From Eledone cirrhosa (Eukaryota): a stretch of DNA of 64,000 nt. A program made the translations under genes and the position numbers. The notes beneath the pieces are model-generated. The model saw only the letters and a program-made list of their open reading frames with translations, was not told the origin of the DNA and did no database searches. Of this stretch, positions 27,139-39,910 are shown in pieces. The stretch is from the NCBI GenBank assembly GCA_964016885.1, contig OZ024750.1:34658001-34722000 (forward strand). Direction: 5' to 3'. Position 1 is the first letter of the stretch. Each line of letters opens with the position of its first letter.

Positions 27139-28008
27139 TCATCATCATCATCATCACCGTTTTACGTCCGTTCTTCCACGCTAGCATGGGTTAGACGGGT
27201 TGTCCTGTTGTGGGCAGTGTCTGGTCGGCTGACCATGCCTTGCTCATACAGGAACTGATCTGGCTTGATTTCTACAGCTGGATGCCCTTCCTAACACCAA
27301 CCTCATTTACAGTGAGTGCTGGGTGCTTTTTCGTGGCGCCTACACGTCCACTTTACAGTGTGGGCTGGGTGCTTTTTTGCCGTGGCACCTCCACGACCAC
27401 CTTGCGGTGGGGGGGGGGGGGGGGGGGGGGGGGGGGCATATTGTTTATATGCTTCAGCATGTACCCATGGGAGGTCGGGTACCCTGTATTACTGCGTGAC
27501 GCCAGAAGTCACGGTCGTGTGTCATTGACTTTGAGAGGTGTAGTTGGGTAAGGTCGGCTTTTATCACCTCATCCCAAGTCATCTTGGGTCTCCCCACTCC
27601 GCGGTTTCCATCAACTTCTAGTGCTCTGCACCTTTTTATGCAGCTGTCATCCTTCATACGCATCACATGTCCATACCAGCGTAACCGCCTCTCCTGCACG
27701 CAGCATTTGATTCCTCTTATGCTCAGTCTCTCTCTCAATTCATTTATGCTTTGTCGTTCACGTATATTACTGTTACACATCCATCGGAGCATGCAGGCTT
27801 CGTTTCTCTCTAATCTACGTAAGTCTTCCACCTTCAGCGCCCAGGTCTCACTACCATGCAACATCGCTGTTCGGATACACGCATCATACAGTCTGCCTTT
27901 CATTCTGAGGGAGAAGCCTTTTGCAGCTAGCAGTGGTAGTAGTTCCCTAAACTTCTTCCATCCCGTTCTTACCCTAGTTATTGTACTTTCTGAGCACCCA
28001 CCTCCGTG
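27137..28008 (-). mobile_element. RTE-clade LINE 3' fragment with 3' UTR and (GAT)n tail
   Basis: ORF 27454-27903 contains LHGSETW, RRLRWYGHVMR and RGVGRPKMTW, typical of the RTE ORF C-terminus; (ATC)n at ~27137-27156. Confidence 0.9.
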
Positions 28009-28815
28009 GGTATATATATATATATAGAAGACCCGCCTTACCTAAATACATAGTAAAATCTACTACAGTCAGTAGGCATCTCTAACAAAATACACCCCCG
28101 TCCCACCACCCCCACCCCATCCACACCGCCCCCTTCTATGTAAAGTTATGTTGGTGCCACACCATCCAGGCCGAAACAAATGAGATCGTGTAGGTGTCAC
28201 GACAAAAAAACACACAGTCCACGTTGTAATGTGGCCGTGTAGGCAACACGGTAAAAACCTCCCAGCCCCACACTGTAAATGTGGTTGGTGTTAGGAAGGG
28301 CATCCAACTGTAGAAAACCTGCCAGACAGTCCTATGCGAGCAAGACAATCACTCTTGCCTCAAGTGGGAAAACCCCCGTCCAAACCCATGCAAGCGTGGA
28401 ACACGGACGTTAAACGTTGATGATGATGATGATGATGACACACACATACACACTCACATATATATAAGCATACACACACATATATATATACCCACATACA
28501 CACACACATTTATATACACACTCATATATATATATATATATATATCATCATCATCATCACCGTTTTACATCCGTTCTTCCACGCTAGCATGGGTTAGACG
28601 GGTTGTCCTGTTGTGGGCAGTGTCCAGTCGGCTGGCCTTGTCTTGCAGGAACTGATATATATATATCAGTTCCTGTATGAGCAAGACAAGGCCAGCCGAC
28701 TGGACATATATGTATATATATATATATATATATATACATATATATCAGTTCCTGCCGACAACAGGACAACCCGTCTAACCCATGCTAGCGTGGAAGAACG
28801 GATGTAAAACGGTGA

Positions 28816-28850
<35 letters not shown>

Positions 28851-29270
28851 TGTGTATATAAATGTGTATGTGTATATATATATATATATGTGTGTGTGTA
28901 TGCTTATATATATATATATATATATGTGAGTGTGTATGTATGTATATATATATATACACACACACACTCACACACACACACACATATACACAAAGACACA
29001 TATACATATATAGAGACACACACATACACAGTATGTGACCAGTACTGGGGTCAACTCTTCCCCTATAGAAAACATTGGTTGTATTGAGACCTGGAGAGGG
29101 TTGGGCTCTGCCAGGTTTAAAAGTGACCTAGGCACACCCTATGACGGTGCCTCTACGGCTCCACAGGGAGTTATGGGGTCTTTATCCTTTATTACACATA
29201 CACACATACATATATCAGCTACAAAAAATAATATGATGAGTAGAAGGTAAATTGTATGGTCATCATGATA

Positions 29271-29588
29271 GCACATGGCTCAGTGGTTAGAGCATTGGCC
29301 TTGCAATTGAAAGGTTGTGAGTTCAATTTTCAGACCGGGTGATGTGTTGTTTCCTTGAGCAAGACACTTTATTTCACATTGCTCCAGTTTACTCAGCTGT
29401 AGAAATGAGATGATAAGGACTGGGGTCCCTATCATTCCACTGCAAAGTGGTCGTGGAGGTGCCACGGCAAAAAAGCACCCAGCACTCACTGTAAATGAGG
29501 TTGGTGTTAGGAAGGGCATCCAGCTGTAGAAATCAAGCCAGAATCAGTTCCCGTCCCACCCTTGCAAGCAGGGAAAAGCGGACGTAAA

Positions 29589-29620
<32 letters not shown>
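29271..29620 (+). mobile_element. tRNA-derived SINE family A copy
   Basis: Near-identical to 8250-8590. Confidence 0.85.
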
Positions 29621-29809
29621 AGCATCGGTGAAGGTGTTTGTGTTAAAACCAGAAATATGAACATAATAGTCTAACTAAACACTATAGAGAAATCTTATAA
29701 TCTATGTCAACTTTCAGAAATATTTTCCTAAGTTAGCAACCCCTTGAATTTATCATCTATGTTTAAGGTCTCGTTCCTGGATATGTCAATATTTATAAAA
29801 CAAACTTTG

Positions 29810-29871
29810 TATTTTATCTGATGAGGGCGTACCAAAGTTTTTGGTACCTTTGAAATATATATAATAGAATA
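29810..29871 (+). ncRNA. Type I hammerhead motif in a solo pLTR-like fragment (~29780-29997)
   Basis: TATTTTAT CTGATGA gggc GTACCAAA gtt TTTGGTAC cttt GAAA TATATA TA ATAGAATA. The downstream aaatatggttttataaatatagttt...tactcca...gagtgctt matches the Penelope pLTR end. Confidence 0.75.
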
Positions 29872-30309
29872 AATATGGTTTTATAAATATAGTTTCCATT
29901 TATTAATATCATTGATATTATACTCCAGAAAACCTATCGAGTGCTTCGAATCAGTTATAAATATATATATTTGTTGAATTACCAACAAATTAAATATCTA
30001 GTAATAATAAATACAAAGATCAAAATCTGAAGAGGGCTTGATAAGGATTGTACATATATTTTATATATAATGATTGGAGGACTGTGAGACTGTGTCAGGG
30101 ACATTTTTTCTGAACACATTATTAAAATAAGTTGGATTACTTTGAATAAATCATGAATGAATATTATGTAATTTATCTATTAAATTTTGTAGCTGTCGAT
30201 TAAACATAAATATTCTTATATATAATGTATAGCTTATTTCAAGATTTGCTTCTTTAAAATTTTCAAATGTCAATACTTCCAGTTAGTGTCCATTATAAAA
30301 TAACACAAT

Positions 30310-30500
30310 GGCGGTGGATTGGCAGTATCAGTAGAGGGTCGGACGCCATGCTTTCCAGCATAGTTATGTCCCTTTACGATCTGAGTTCAAATCCCGCCGA
30401 GGTTGACTTTGCCTTTCATCCTTACGGGGTCGATAAAATAAAGTACCAGTAATGCACTGGGTAATTGCTGGCCTTGTGTCTAAAGTAGAAACAATTATAA
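30310..30500 (+). mobile_element. tRNA-derived SINE family B (~190 bp, Nin/Deu-like core, (TTA)n tail)
   Basis: ggcggtggattggcagtatc...gagttcaaatccc...gcctttcatccttacggggtcgataaaataaagtacc...gtagaaacaattat. Other copies at ~2722-2900, 3925-4107(-), 9310-9530, 13505-13642, 13654-13848, 30688-30877(-), 38828-39018, 41374-41556(-), 41560-41748(-), 50484-50670(-), 53358-53545, 53569-53767; partial copies at 11328-11410 and 58645-58710. Confidence 0.85.
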
Positions 30501-32017
30501 AATAACACATAGCCATACGTTATATAACATCGCTTAACGATGCAAATATATGAACATAAATGTTCATATATTTGCATCGTTATATAATAATTTTGTGCCA
30601 AAAGTAGAAACAATTATTATTTATATATTTATATATTACAGCCTTTGCTAAAGTTTTTCACACTCGTCAGTAAAGGCATATAATAATTGTTTCTACTTTT
30701 GGCACAAGGCCAGCAATTATCCCAGTGCATTACTGGTACTTTATTTTTATCGACCCCGTAAGGATGAAAGGCAAAGTTAACCTCGGCGGGATTTGAACTC
30801 AGACCATAAAGGGCCATAACTTTTTGCTGCAAAGCATGGTATCCGACCCTCTACTGATACTGCCAATCCACCATCCTAGTAAAGGCATATAATAATATGG
30901 CTACTTCTAGAGTCAAGTTTCAGCTTGTTTTTAGCTCTGTTCTAATGAAAACTATTCTCGATAAATATTATTTGCTAGAGAGAGAGGTAATATTAGATCT
31001 CACTATATAATAGCTTGTACAACCTTCTTACCGTAATAATATAGCTAAGTAGTTCTTCTTTAATTCTATGATATATTTAATTAGTGTGTTATGGATTTAT
31101 CTACAGATGCCAATGTGGACTACTTAAGGCAATAGAAGAACTCTTCATTTCTATTTTCTTTCTATCTCTTAACCTCGCTCTTCTCAATGGATTAATGTAT
31201 TTTTAATGACAACATTCTTAACAAAGCTTTCTTTCCTCATTGCATTTTTGTTTTTGTCTTTTTGGCCTGTTTTCATCTTTTTTGTTTGTCTTTTTTGTCT
31301 TTTTTGTCTTTTTTTTTTATTGAAATTAAAATTGAGAGAATCAAATTTACGAGGAAGTTATTATTTATAGTCCTGAAAATGGTGTTGTTGTTGTTGTTGT
31401 TGGTGGTGATGGTGGTGGTAGTGGTGGTGTTGGTGTTGGTGTTGGTGGTGGTAGTGGTAGTGGTGGTGGTGGTAGTGGTGGTGTTGGTGGTGGTAGTGGT
31501 GGTGTTGGTGGTAGTGTTGGTGGTGGTGTTGTTGTTGTTATTGTCGTTGGTGGTGGTGGTGGTAGTGGTGGTGGTGGTGGTGTTGGTGGTGGTGGTGGTG
31601 GTGTTGGTGGTGTTGTTGGTGGTGTTGTTGGGGTTGTTGGCGTTGGTGGTGGAATTGTTGGTGTTGTCGTTGTTGTTGTTGTCGTCATCGCTGTTGATTG
31701 TAAATGTAAGATTGTTTAAAACAGGTGATATGTTTGTTATTTTATTCATTATATTTCATTCTATTTAGACTATCAACACCACTTATATTATCAGGATAGT
31801 CAACACCAGATTTGCAGTTTAAAGCTGACATATGCATTCTTTCTGTTTTCTTTTTATGTTATTATATTTCTTCCTGTTACTGATTTAAATCTGGTTTGGT
31901 TTCAAACCAACAAATATTTTCAACAATGAATGTGTAAAGAGTGAAAGAATTTGTTGATCAAACTCAGATTAATTTTCAATGTACAAGTTAAAGAAAAGAC
32001 AAGACAACTTAACATCT

Positions 32018-32136
32018 ATTTACGGCCATATCACGCTGAAAACACCGGTTCTCATCCGATCACCGAAGTTAAGCAACGTCGAGCCTAGTTAGTACTTCGA
32101 TGGGTGACCGCTTGGGAACCTTAGGTGCCGTAAGTG
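32018..32136 (+). rRNA. Solitary 5S rRNA gene or pseudogene
   Basis: tacggccatatcacgctgaaaacaccggttctcatccgatcaccgaagttaagcaacgtcgagcctagttagtacttcgatgggtgaccgcttgggaa...gtgccgtaag matches metazoan 5S. A T-run follows at 32142-32147. A few deviations from consensus are present (e.g. ttcgatgg for ttggatgg). Confidence 0.88.
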
Positions 32137-32147
32137 TTTAATTTTTT

Positions 32148-32464
32148 ACCGTGACCTCTGGCGTCACGCAGTAATACAGAGTACCCGACCTCCCATGGGT
32201 ACAAGCTGAAGCATATAGACAATATGCACCCACACCCTCCCACTGTAAAGTGGACGTGTAGGCGCCATGGCAAAAAAGCACCCAGCACTCACTGTAAATG
32301 AGGTTGGTGTTAGGAAGGGCATCCAGCTGTAGAAACCAAGCCAAAATCAGTTCCTGTATGAGCAAGGCATGGTCAGCCGACCAGACACTGCCCACAACAG
32401 GACAACCCGTCTAACCCATGCTAGCATGGAAGAACAGACGTAAGATGGTGATGATGATGATGAT
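32148..32464 (+). mobile_element. RTE LINE extreme 3' end directly abutting the 5S copy
   Basis: accgtgacctctggcgtcacgcagtaatacag... through to (GAT)n. Confidence 0.85.
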
Positions 32465-33055
32465 ATAAATTTCTGTGATTCTGTCACAGCATGTAAAGAG
32501 GGAGTAGTATTTTGAATACTTCATACTACTCCCCTCTTTTTACATCTGCTGCCTGTGTAATGTTTGTGTAAATGTATGTGTGTGTATATTTGTGTAAATG
32601 TATGTCTGTGAGTGTGTATTTTTGTAACTGTGTCTCTGTTAGCACGTTTATATTTATATACTCATACATATAAATGTATGCATATCCACATCGACACATG
32701 CACACACACATATAAACATCGACACATACACACAACACATATACACACACATTTCACATTGCTCCAGTTTACTCAGCTGTAGAAATGAGATGATAAGGAC
32801 TGGGGTCCCTATCATTCCACTGCAAAGTGGTCGTGGAGGTGCCACGGCAAAAAAGCACCCAGCACTCACTGTAAATGAGGTTGGTGTTAGGAAGGGCATC
32901 CAGCTGTAGAAATCAAGCCCGAGTCAGTTCCCGTCCCACCCTTGCAAGCAGGGAAAAGCAGACGTAAAATGAGGATGATGATGATATATATATCCAGTCC
33001 AATCCAGGGCCTTCTCACTCCTGTTGGAAGAACCCCTCCCTGGTTGATGATGATG

Positions 33056-33102
<47 letters not shown>

Positions 33103-33105
33103 TAT

Positions 33106-33136
<31 letters not shown>

Positions 33137-33405
33137 TACATATACACCTACATATCAGCATATGTAAACAAATTTCTAGTTTATAAAATTTTGATAAGTC
33201 ATTTTATTTTCTTCTTTAGCAGAATGAGGAAAATGTCTTTAAAAATGTTTGATATTTCAGAAAACATTGTTTAAAATAATATAGTTGGAAAGATGTATAC
33301 CCAATCTAATCCAATCTCTACTCACTCCTGTTGGAGGAACCCCTCTCTGGTTGACTTCCATTGCTTTCTGTTTAGTTTTGGTCATGTCAGGGGTGTGGCT
33401 GTACT

Positions 33406-33437
<32 letters not shown>

Positions 33438-33480
33438 CATATATATATATACATATATATATATACATATATATATATAC

Positions 33481-33511
<31 letters not shown>

Positions 33512-34975
33512 ATCAAAAGTTTAACAAGGTTCATTGATTAATCAATGAATAAAGTTTTACAATAGATTAGAAGCACTCAACAGCTAGGTTTTCTGGAGTT
33601 ATTAATATTACTTCAAAAATATTAATAAATATAGACATTCATGTGATCAAATATATTTTATTATACATATTTCATAGGTACTGAGCTATTTCATCAGTAC
33701 GTACTCATCAGTACGTCCTCATCAGATAAAATAAATTGATGTCTGACATACCTCAACTGTGCTGATGGGTCAATTCCAGTCTTGGCAGTGATTAGTTATG
33801 ACATAACTCAATATTTATATACCATAAGTTGTAACATGAAAAACTACATATAATAAAGAGCATCATATAAAATTAGGAAAACACATTGACTAAACGTGAA
33901 ATGATTTCGACTTTTATTAATAATTCCAAGTGTGAAATGATATTGACTCTGATTAATAATTCTTCTAATGCTTTTATTATTATTATTGCTATTATTAATA
34001 TTGGATATAAGGTTTTTACCTAACCATAGAAATTGTTTACCTGCTCTCTTATAGAATATGTTAATCTCTAGATTGTTTAAATACATTTAGTTTTGTTTTT
34101 GTATTTTTTAAATCTTGTATCTTATAAATTTAATACCTGTAAAGTCTTCAGACTTGTAAACCGTTTAATTACTTTAAATATTTGTTTCCGTCTTACGAGG
34201 ATATTGTTTACATTTATTGTATAAAAGTTTCGTTTTATCTAAATTGATTAATAATCTGTACTTAACTTGATGTATAATTTTGAATACAGTTAAATTTAGT
34301 TAAATAAAATTTATAACACTCTTAAGTGTAATTATAACTAATAATTAATATTATATATAATTGACAAATATCGATTTAAATCTTATAGTTTATATATGAA
34401 CTATACAAATGCTTTTATCTAAATAAATCTGGTTTAATAATATCATATTTACTACATTTATAAGCTTTATAGTTAGTTAATAACATTTTTAATTTTAACC
34501 TTAACCTTTCTAACTAAATTATTGACTATATTTAATAATTTAAATATACTCTTGATTACCCTTGGAGTTATGTTAAATTATCTTTTTCACTTTATATTTG
34601 TTTTAATTTTGATATAATACAATAATATAGGTTCTTTAAAATATTATAGTCTAAAAATTTCAAGTTATTTAATTAATTTATTATTTCTAATTAACTTAAT
34701 ATTTGAAAAAAAAAAACGGTCACGCATCATATACCTTGATTCTCCTTCTTATGTAATTATATGTTACCATACATATCTTCCTTTCTTTGTTTTTACTATC
34801 ATCTCTCTTTCCTTTTCTATCTCTCCTCCTCTTAGCTCTCTCGCTCTCTCATTTGCTCCTTCTATAATACAGAGGTATACATATTTTATTATTTAAATTT
34901 TTAACAGTTATGTAGTTTTATGTTTATATTAGACAGCTATAGTTATGTACAATCAGATGAAAGAAAGGTATTTAG

Positions 34976-35392
34976 CTAATGTATTGGTACGCGATGGGGC
35001 CCACCCACAGCCCCGGCGGACAGAATGGAGAAGGCATTTCCCCGGAGGACGGCAAGGGAGACGCGCTGGAAAAGCCACTCCAACTCGCGGGGCTCACACC
35101 TGCGGCTGGCCAGCTCAGCGCCTATGGTGGTGAGTAAGGAGGTAGCCCTGGGGCCGAGGTCACCAGAAGTCTCCACTGCCAGGGGAACGACCGCAAACCT
35201 GTCGGAGAGCGACCGGTATTTGAGGAGTTTGGCCCCCTCAGCCCGGCGTGCAGCAGAATCAGGTTGCGGCTGAAGAAAGTGTCGGTGCAAGTGTCAGCCC
35301 AGACGAGGGGTTTGCCACCGCGGAATGGGAAGATGGTCATGCCATCTGGCCTTTTGCCATCCCCTCAATCCAGCCCCACCGGCTCGAGCTTG
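34976..35392 (-). pseudogene. Fragment of restriction-like-endonuclease (RLE; CRE/NeSL/R2-type) non-LTR retrotransposon C-terminus, frameshifted
   Basis: GKRPDGMTIFPFRGGKPLVW.DTCTDTF continues in another frame as AE..KLLKY..L...VPLAVETSG...LFQRVSLAVLRGNA; GC-rich island. Confidence 0.8.
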
Positions 35393-35580
35393 CCTTTATA
35401 CATACTTATTATATTTATTATTATACATTTTTATACACATTTTCCTACGTACCCTCTTTATTATATGTAGTTTTTCATGTTACCACTTATGGTATATAAA
35501 TATTGAGTTTTGTCATAACTAATCACTGCCAAGACTGGAATTGACCCATCAGCACAGTTGAAGTATGTCAGACATCAATT

Positions 35581-35646
35581 TATTTTATCTGATGAGGACG
35601 TACTGATGAAATAGCTCAGTACCTCTGAAATATGTATAATAAAATA
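35581..35646 (+). ncRNA. Type I hammerhead motif (inverted partner at 33654-33733 on minus)
   Basis: TATTTTAT CTGATGA ggac GTACTGA tgaaatagc TCAGTAC ctct GAAA TATGTA TA ATAAAATA. Confidence 0.72.
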
Positions 35647-35688
35647 TATTTGATCATATGAATGTCTATATTTATTAATATTTTGAAG

Positions 35689-35757
<69 letters not shown>

Positions 35758-38741
35758 TTAAGCAAAGAATCGCTGCTTTCACCCTTAACGGGATTTTCTG
35801 AAACTAAAGAAAATCAATCTGTGAACGCAGAAGTAAATATTTCGAAAAACATTGCAACTGAAGGAAAACAGGAAGACGATACTTTGGTTCGTGAAGACGT
35901 TCCCTGGCATTGAACGGAAAAAAGCCAAGATGATACATCGTTATGTGGATCTATGAGAACAATTACAAGCAAAGACAAAACTTCGTTTATTTGGTCTATG
36001 GTTTTTATATATTTGATATGTATTTATCCTTATTGAGCCCTCTTCGGATTTTAGTCTTCACATTTATTAATATTATTATTATATATACATGGCTTAGTGG
36101 TTAGAGCATTGGGCTTGCAATCGAAAGGTTGTGAGTTCAATTCTCAGACCGGGTGATGTGTTGTTTCCTTGAGCAAGACACTTTATTTCACATTGCTCCA
36201 GTTTTCTCAGCTGTAGAAATGAGATGATAGGACTGCAAAGTGGTCGTGGTGTCACGGCAAAAAAGCACCCAGCCCAGACCGTAAAGTGGACGTGTAGGCG
36301 CCATGGAAAAAAAAAGCACCCAGCACTCACTGTAAATGAGGTTGGTGTTAGGAAGGGCATCCAGCTGTAGAAATCAAGCCAGAATCAGTTTCCGTCACAC
36401 CCTTGCAAGCAGGGAAAAGCAGACTTAAAATGAGGATGATGATGATATATATATCCAGTCCAATCCAGGGCCTTCTCACTCCTGTTGGAAGAACCCCCTC
36501 CCTGGTTGACCTCCACCATTTTCTGTTTGGTTTTGGTCATGTCTTCAGGAGTGTAGCTGTACTCACCATGCTTGGCCAATTGTGGTTTGCTGAGGCTATT
36601 TAACCCATAGTCAAAGAGATGGCCAGAGACTCTGAGGAGTTCATCTGCCCTTTTATCAACTCTTGTTTTTTGTGCTGCTGGGGTTCCACTTGCCTTCCTC
36701 AGCAGACTAGGGTTTAGTGGGGGGTTAGTCACTCAACCATGAAGCAGCTTGCACTGCGTTATGTAGTCCCAGTAGCAGACAGAAACCTGATCTGACTATA
36801 AGAATGAGATATAATAGGAGGTAAATTATAGTAACTCAGTCTGAATTAAAACTGACACTTTGTCAGACAACCTCTCTAGTACCGGTGGCATGACAGAAAT
36901 CACCCAGTCTATGCTGTAAAGTGGTTGGTGATATGAAGGGCATACAGATAGAAAACAAAAAACTTTGCTATTATACTGTGCTGGGAAGGATCTGTCCAAC
37001 CCATGCAAACATAGAAAGAGAAATCTAAAATGGTGATGATGATGGTGATGCTACTGATGAAAGATGACAGTGATATAGATTTAACATATTAGCGATCAGA
37101 TTTCATATGTTGATACATTCATATAAAAATACTGAAATATTCAAAATAAGAACAAAACACAAATTCACATGAGTTTGATGGATGTCTTCTTGTTGCTAAA
37201 TATGTCATCTTGGTATGGTCTGTTTAGTTTTACTGGCTTAAATATTAACGAATTAAGACACCTTAGCTCTATGAAACCACATTAGCAAGACATTTCTGAA
37301 GAATACAATGACTGCATTGCATTAAAAAAAATGGAGGCTTTATTCTATCTAACACTACAAATTTTCACAACAATCTGTCATCTAGTAAAGATAGTATAAA
37401 CATTTGAATTAACAAACCACAATAAGACATTTTCGAAGAGTACAAACAATCATATGACTGTATCACATTAAAAAATGAAGTTTCACAACAACCTGTCCTC
37501 TAGTAAAAGGAGTATAAACATTTAAATTAACAAACCACATAAAACTACATTAGCAAGATATCTTTGAAGAGTACAAAACATCACTGACTGCATCACAAAA
37601 AATGGATGCAATTTTTTGCAAAACTCTGATCTCTAGTAAAGATAGTATTAGCATTTGTATTTAAAAACCTGTTTTAAAATATTTTCTACTAAATCATTAC
37701 AGGGTGTCAAGACTTAACTGGAGCTTCAGTAGCATAAAGTGAGTTTTCTGTTTGATGTGTCAGATGTGTCTATTTAAGAATAGCACATGATATAACTATT
37801 GCTAGTTATTTTTGGAGTGGTTAGTAAACTATTCCCTTTCTTGTGCTTTGCCTTATGAAAATGCATCTATATATAAGGGATGTGACCTCTGTACCACAGA
37901 GATTTGCCACATCATTCATAATAGGCAATTGATTATAAATAAATGCTCAGAAATCTTTAGTTCTTGTCTTTGTAAGTTTAGCAAAATGTTTCATAGGGTG
38001 TTTAGTTAAATTTTAAATAAAATTTAATAGACTTTTAAATAAGTAATATAAAATTTCTTTATATATAGTTTTTCTGCTATTTTTATTTTTAACCGTTAAT
38101 AAGCTAAATAGATCAAATAAGTATTATAATATTTTTTCACCATAACTTTTACATCTATTTTAATTTTAATATAAATTGACATTTTAGACTATAATACATG
38201 CATTTTTCCTTTTAACTAATTAGGCTACAACAAATACATCTTTTCCTTTGAACCAACTGATTAGTCCCATATAATGATAACTTAGCCAGTTATAAAATAG
38301 CAAAGCCAATTGTTAAATATTTTTCTCCACTCTCATAATATTTACTAAATTAAATTGTTTACATAAACTAACATAAACTGTCTTTAAATTAGTCATTTAT
38401 AATTTTTTCTTTATTATATAGTTACATTATTACTTTAGCATCTTTGAATATATTTTTTAGTATAGTATCTAATTTAATCTAACATAAGTTATAAATAAAT
38501 AATAGTTATAAATAAATAAATAGACTCACGGTCAATATTTGTTATTGGTTTTATTTGTTTACCAATCCAGTATCATCATACTCTTGCCAGTTGAAATACA
38601 TCAATAACAACTGTAATATTTCTTTCACTCATATATCTTCTGTGTTGAGGTTGTTTTTTCTATCTCATATTCTTGCTGGCTACAGATCTGAACAGCTCGT
38701 CTGACCGCCTGTATATCAAATGATTTCTACATTTCCCATGG

Positions 38742-38790
38742 ATTTTATCTGAAGAGAACATGTTTTGGCTTTGAAATCCGTATAATAAAA
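38742..38790 (+). ncRNA. Degenerate hammerhead motif
   Basis: ATTTTAT CTGAAGA gaacatgttttggcttt GAAA TCCGTA TA ATAAAA; helices II and III are eroded. Confidence 0.45.
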
Positions 38791-39029
38791 GTGGGATGGA
38801 CAAAAGTAACTGTCTTTCATTTATTTGTGGATTGGCAGTATCAGTAGAAGGTCGGACGGTATGCTTTGCAGCATAGAGTTACGGCCCTTTACAGTCTGAG
38901 TTCAATTCGTGCCGAGGTCAACTTTGCCTTTCATCCTTACCGGGTCGATAAAATAAAGTACCAGTAATGCACTGGGTAACTGCTGGCCTTGTGCCAAATG
39001 TAGAAACAATTATTATTATAAAACTCCAG

Positions 39030-39797
39030 TTAACCCTTTAGCAATCACATTACTCTATATATACTATTATATTTTCATGGTAAAAGCTTTACCTCACATA
39101 ATATTCACATTACTCTATATATACTATTATATTTTCATGGTAAAAGCTTTACCTCTCATAATATTCACATTACTCTATATATACTATTATATTTTCATGG
39201 TAAAAGCTTTACCTCTCATAATATTCACATTACTCTATATATACTATTATATTTTCATGGTAAAAGCTTTACCTCTCATAATATTCACATTACTCTATAT
39301 ATACTATTATATTTTCATGGTAAAAGCTTTACCTCTCATAATATTCACATTACTCTATATATACTATTATATTTTTATGGTAAAGGCTTTACCTCACATA
39401 ATATTCACATTACTCTATATATACTATTATATTTTCATGGTAAAAGCTTTACCTCACATAATTATCTCAAATAGCATTGACATTACTCTATATATACTAT
39501 TATATTTTTATGGTAAAGGCTTTACCTCACATAATATCTCACATAACATTCACATTACTCTATATATATACTATTATATTTTCATGGTAAAGGCTTTACC
39601 TCACATAATATCTCACATAAAATATCCTCACATAAAATATCCTCACATAAATATCCTCACATAATATCGAATCTATGAGATTTTGAAAGTATTTATTTTG
39701 AGAACAATACCTTAACATCAGTATGAGCGACCAGTCACAGTCAGTTTCAACAGAAGGAGGTAGAGAATTTTGGCCTGTTTGAACGTTAAAGGGTTAA
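39030..39797. mobile_element. Same MITE with an internal 60-bp tandem expansion
   Basis: Termini ttaaccctttagc ... gttaaagggttaa; ~7 near-perfect and ~2 degenerate 60-bp units in 39045-39610. Confidence 0.8.
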
Positions 39798-39876
39798 ATA
39801 TATACCGTTGAGTGGTTGATATCTGTTATATAAAAGTAGCTGATTCTAAATCAACTAAGTCTTTCTTTATATATAT

Positions 39877-39877
<1 letters not shown>

Positions 39878-39910
<33 letters not shown>

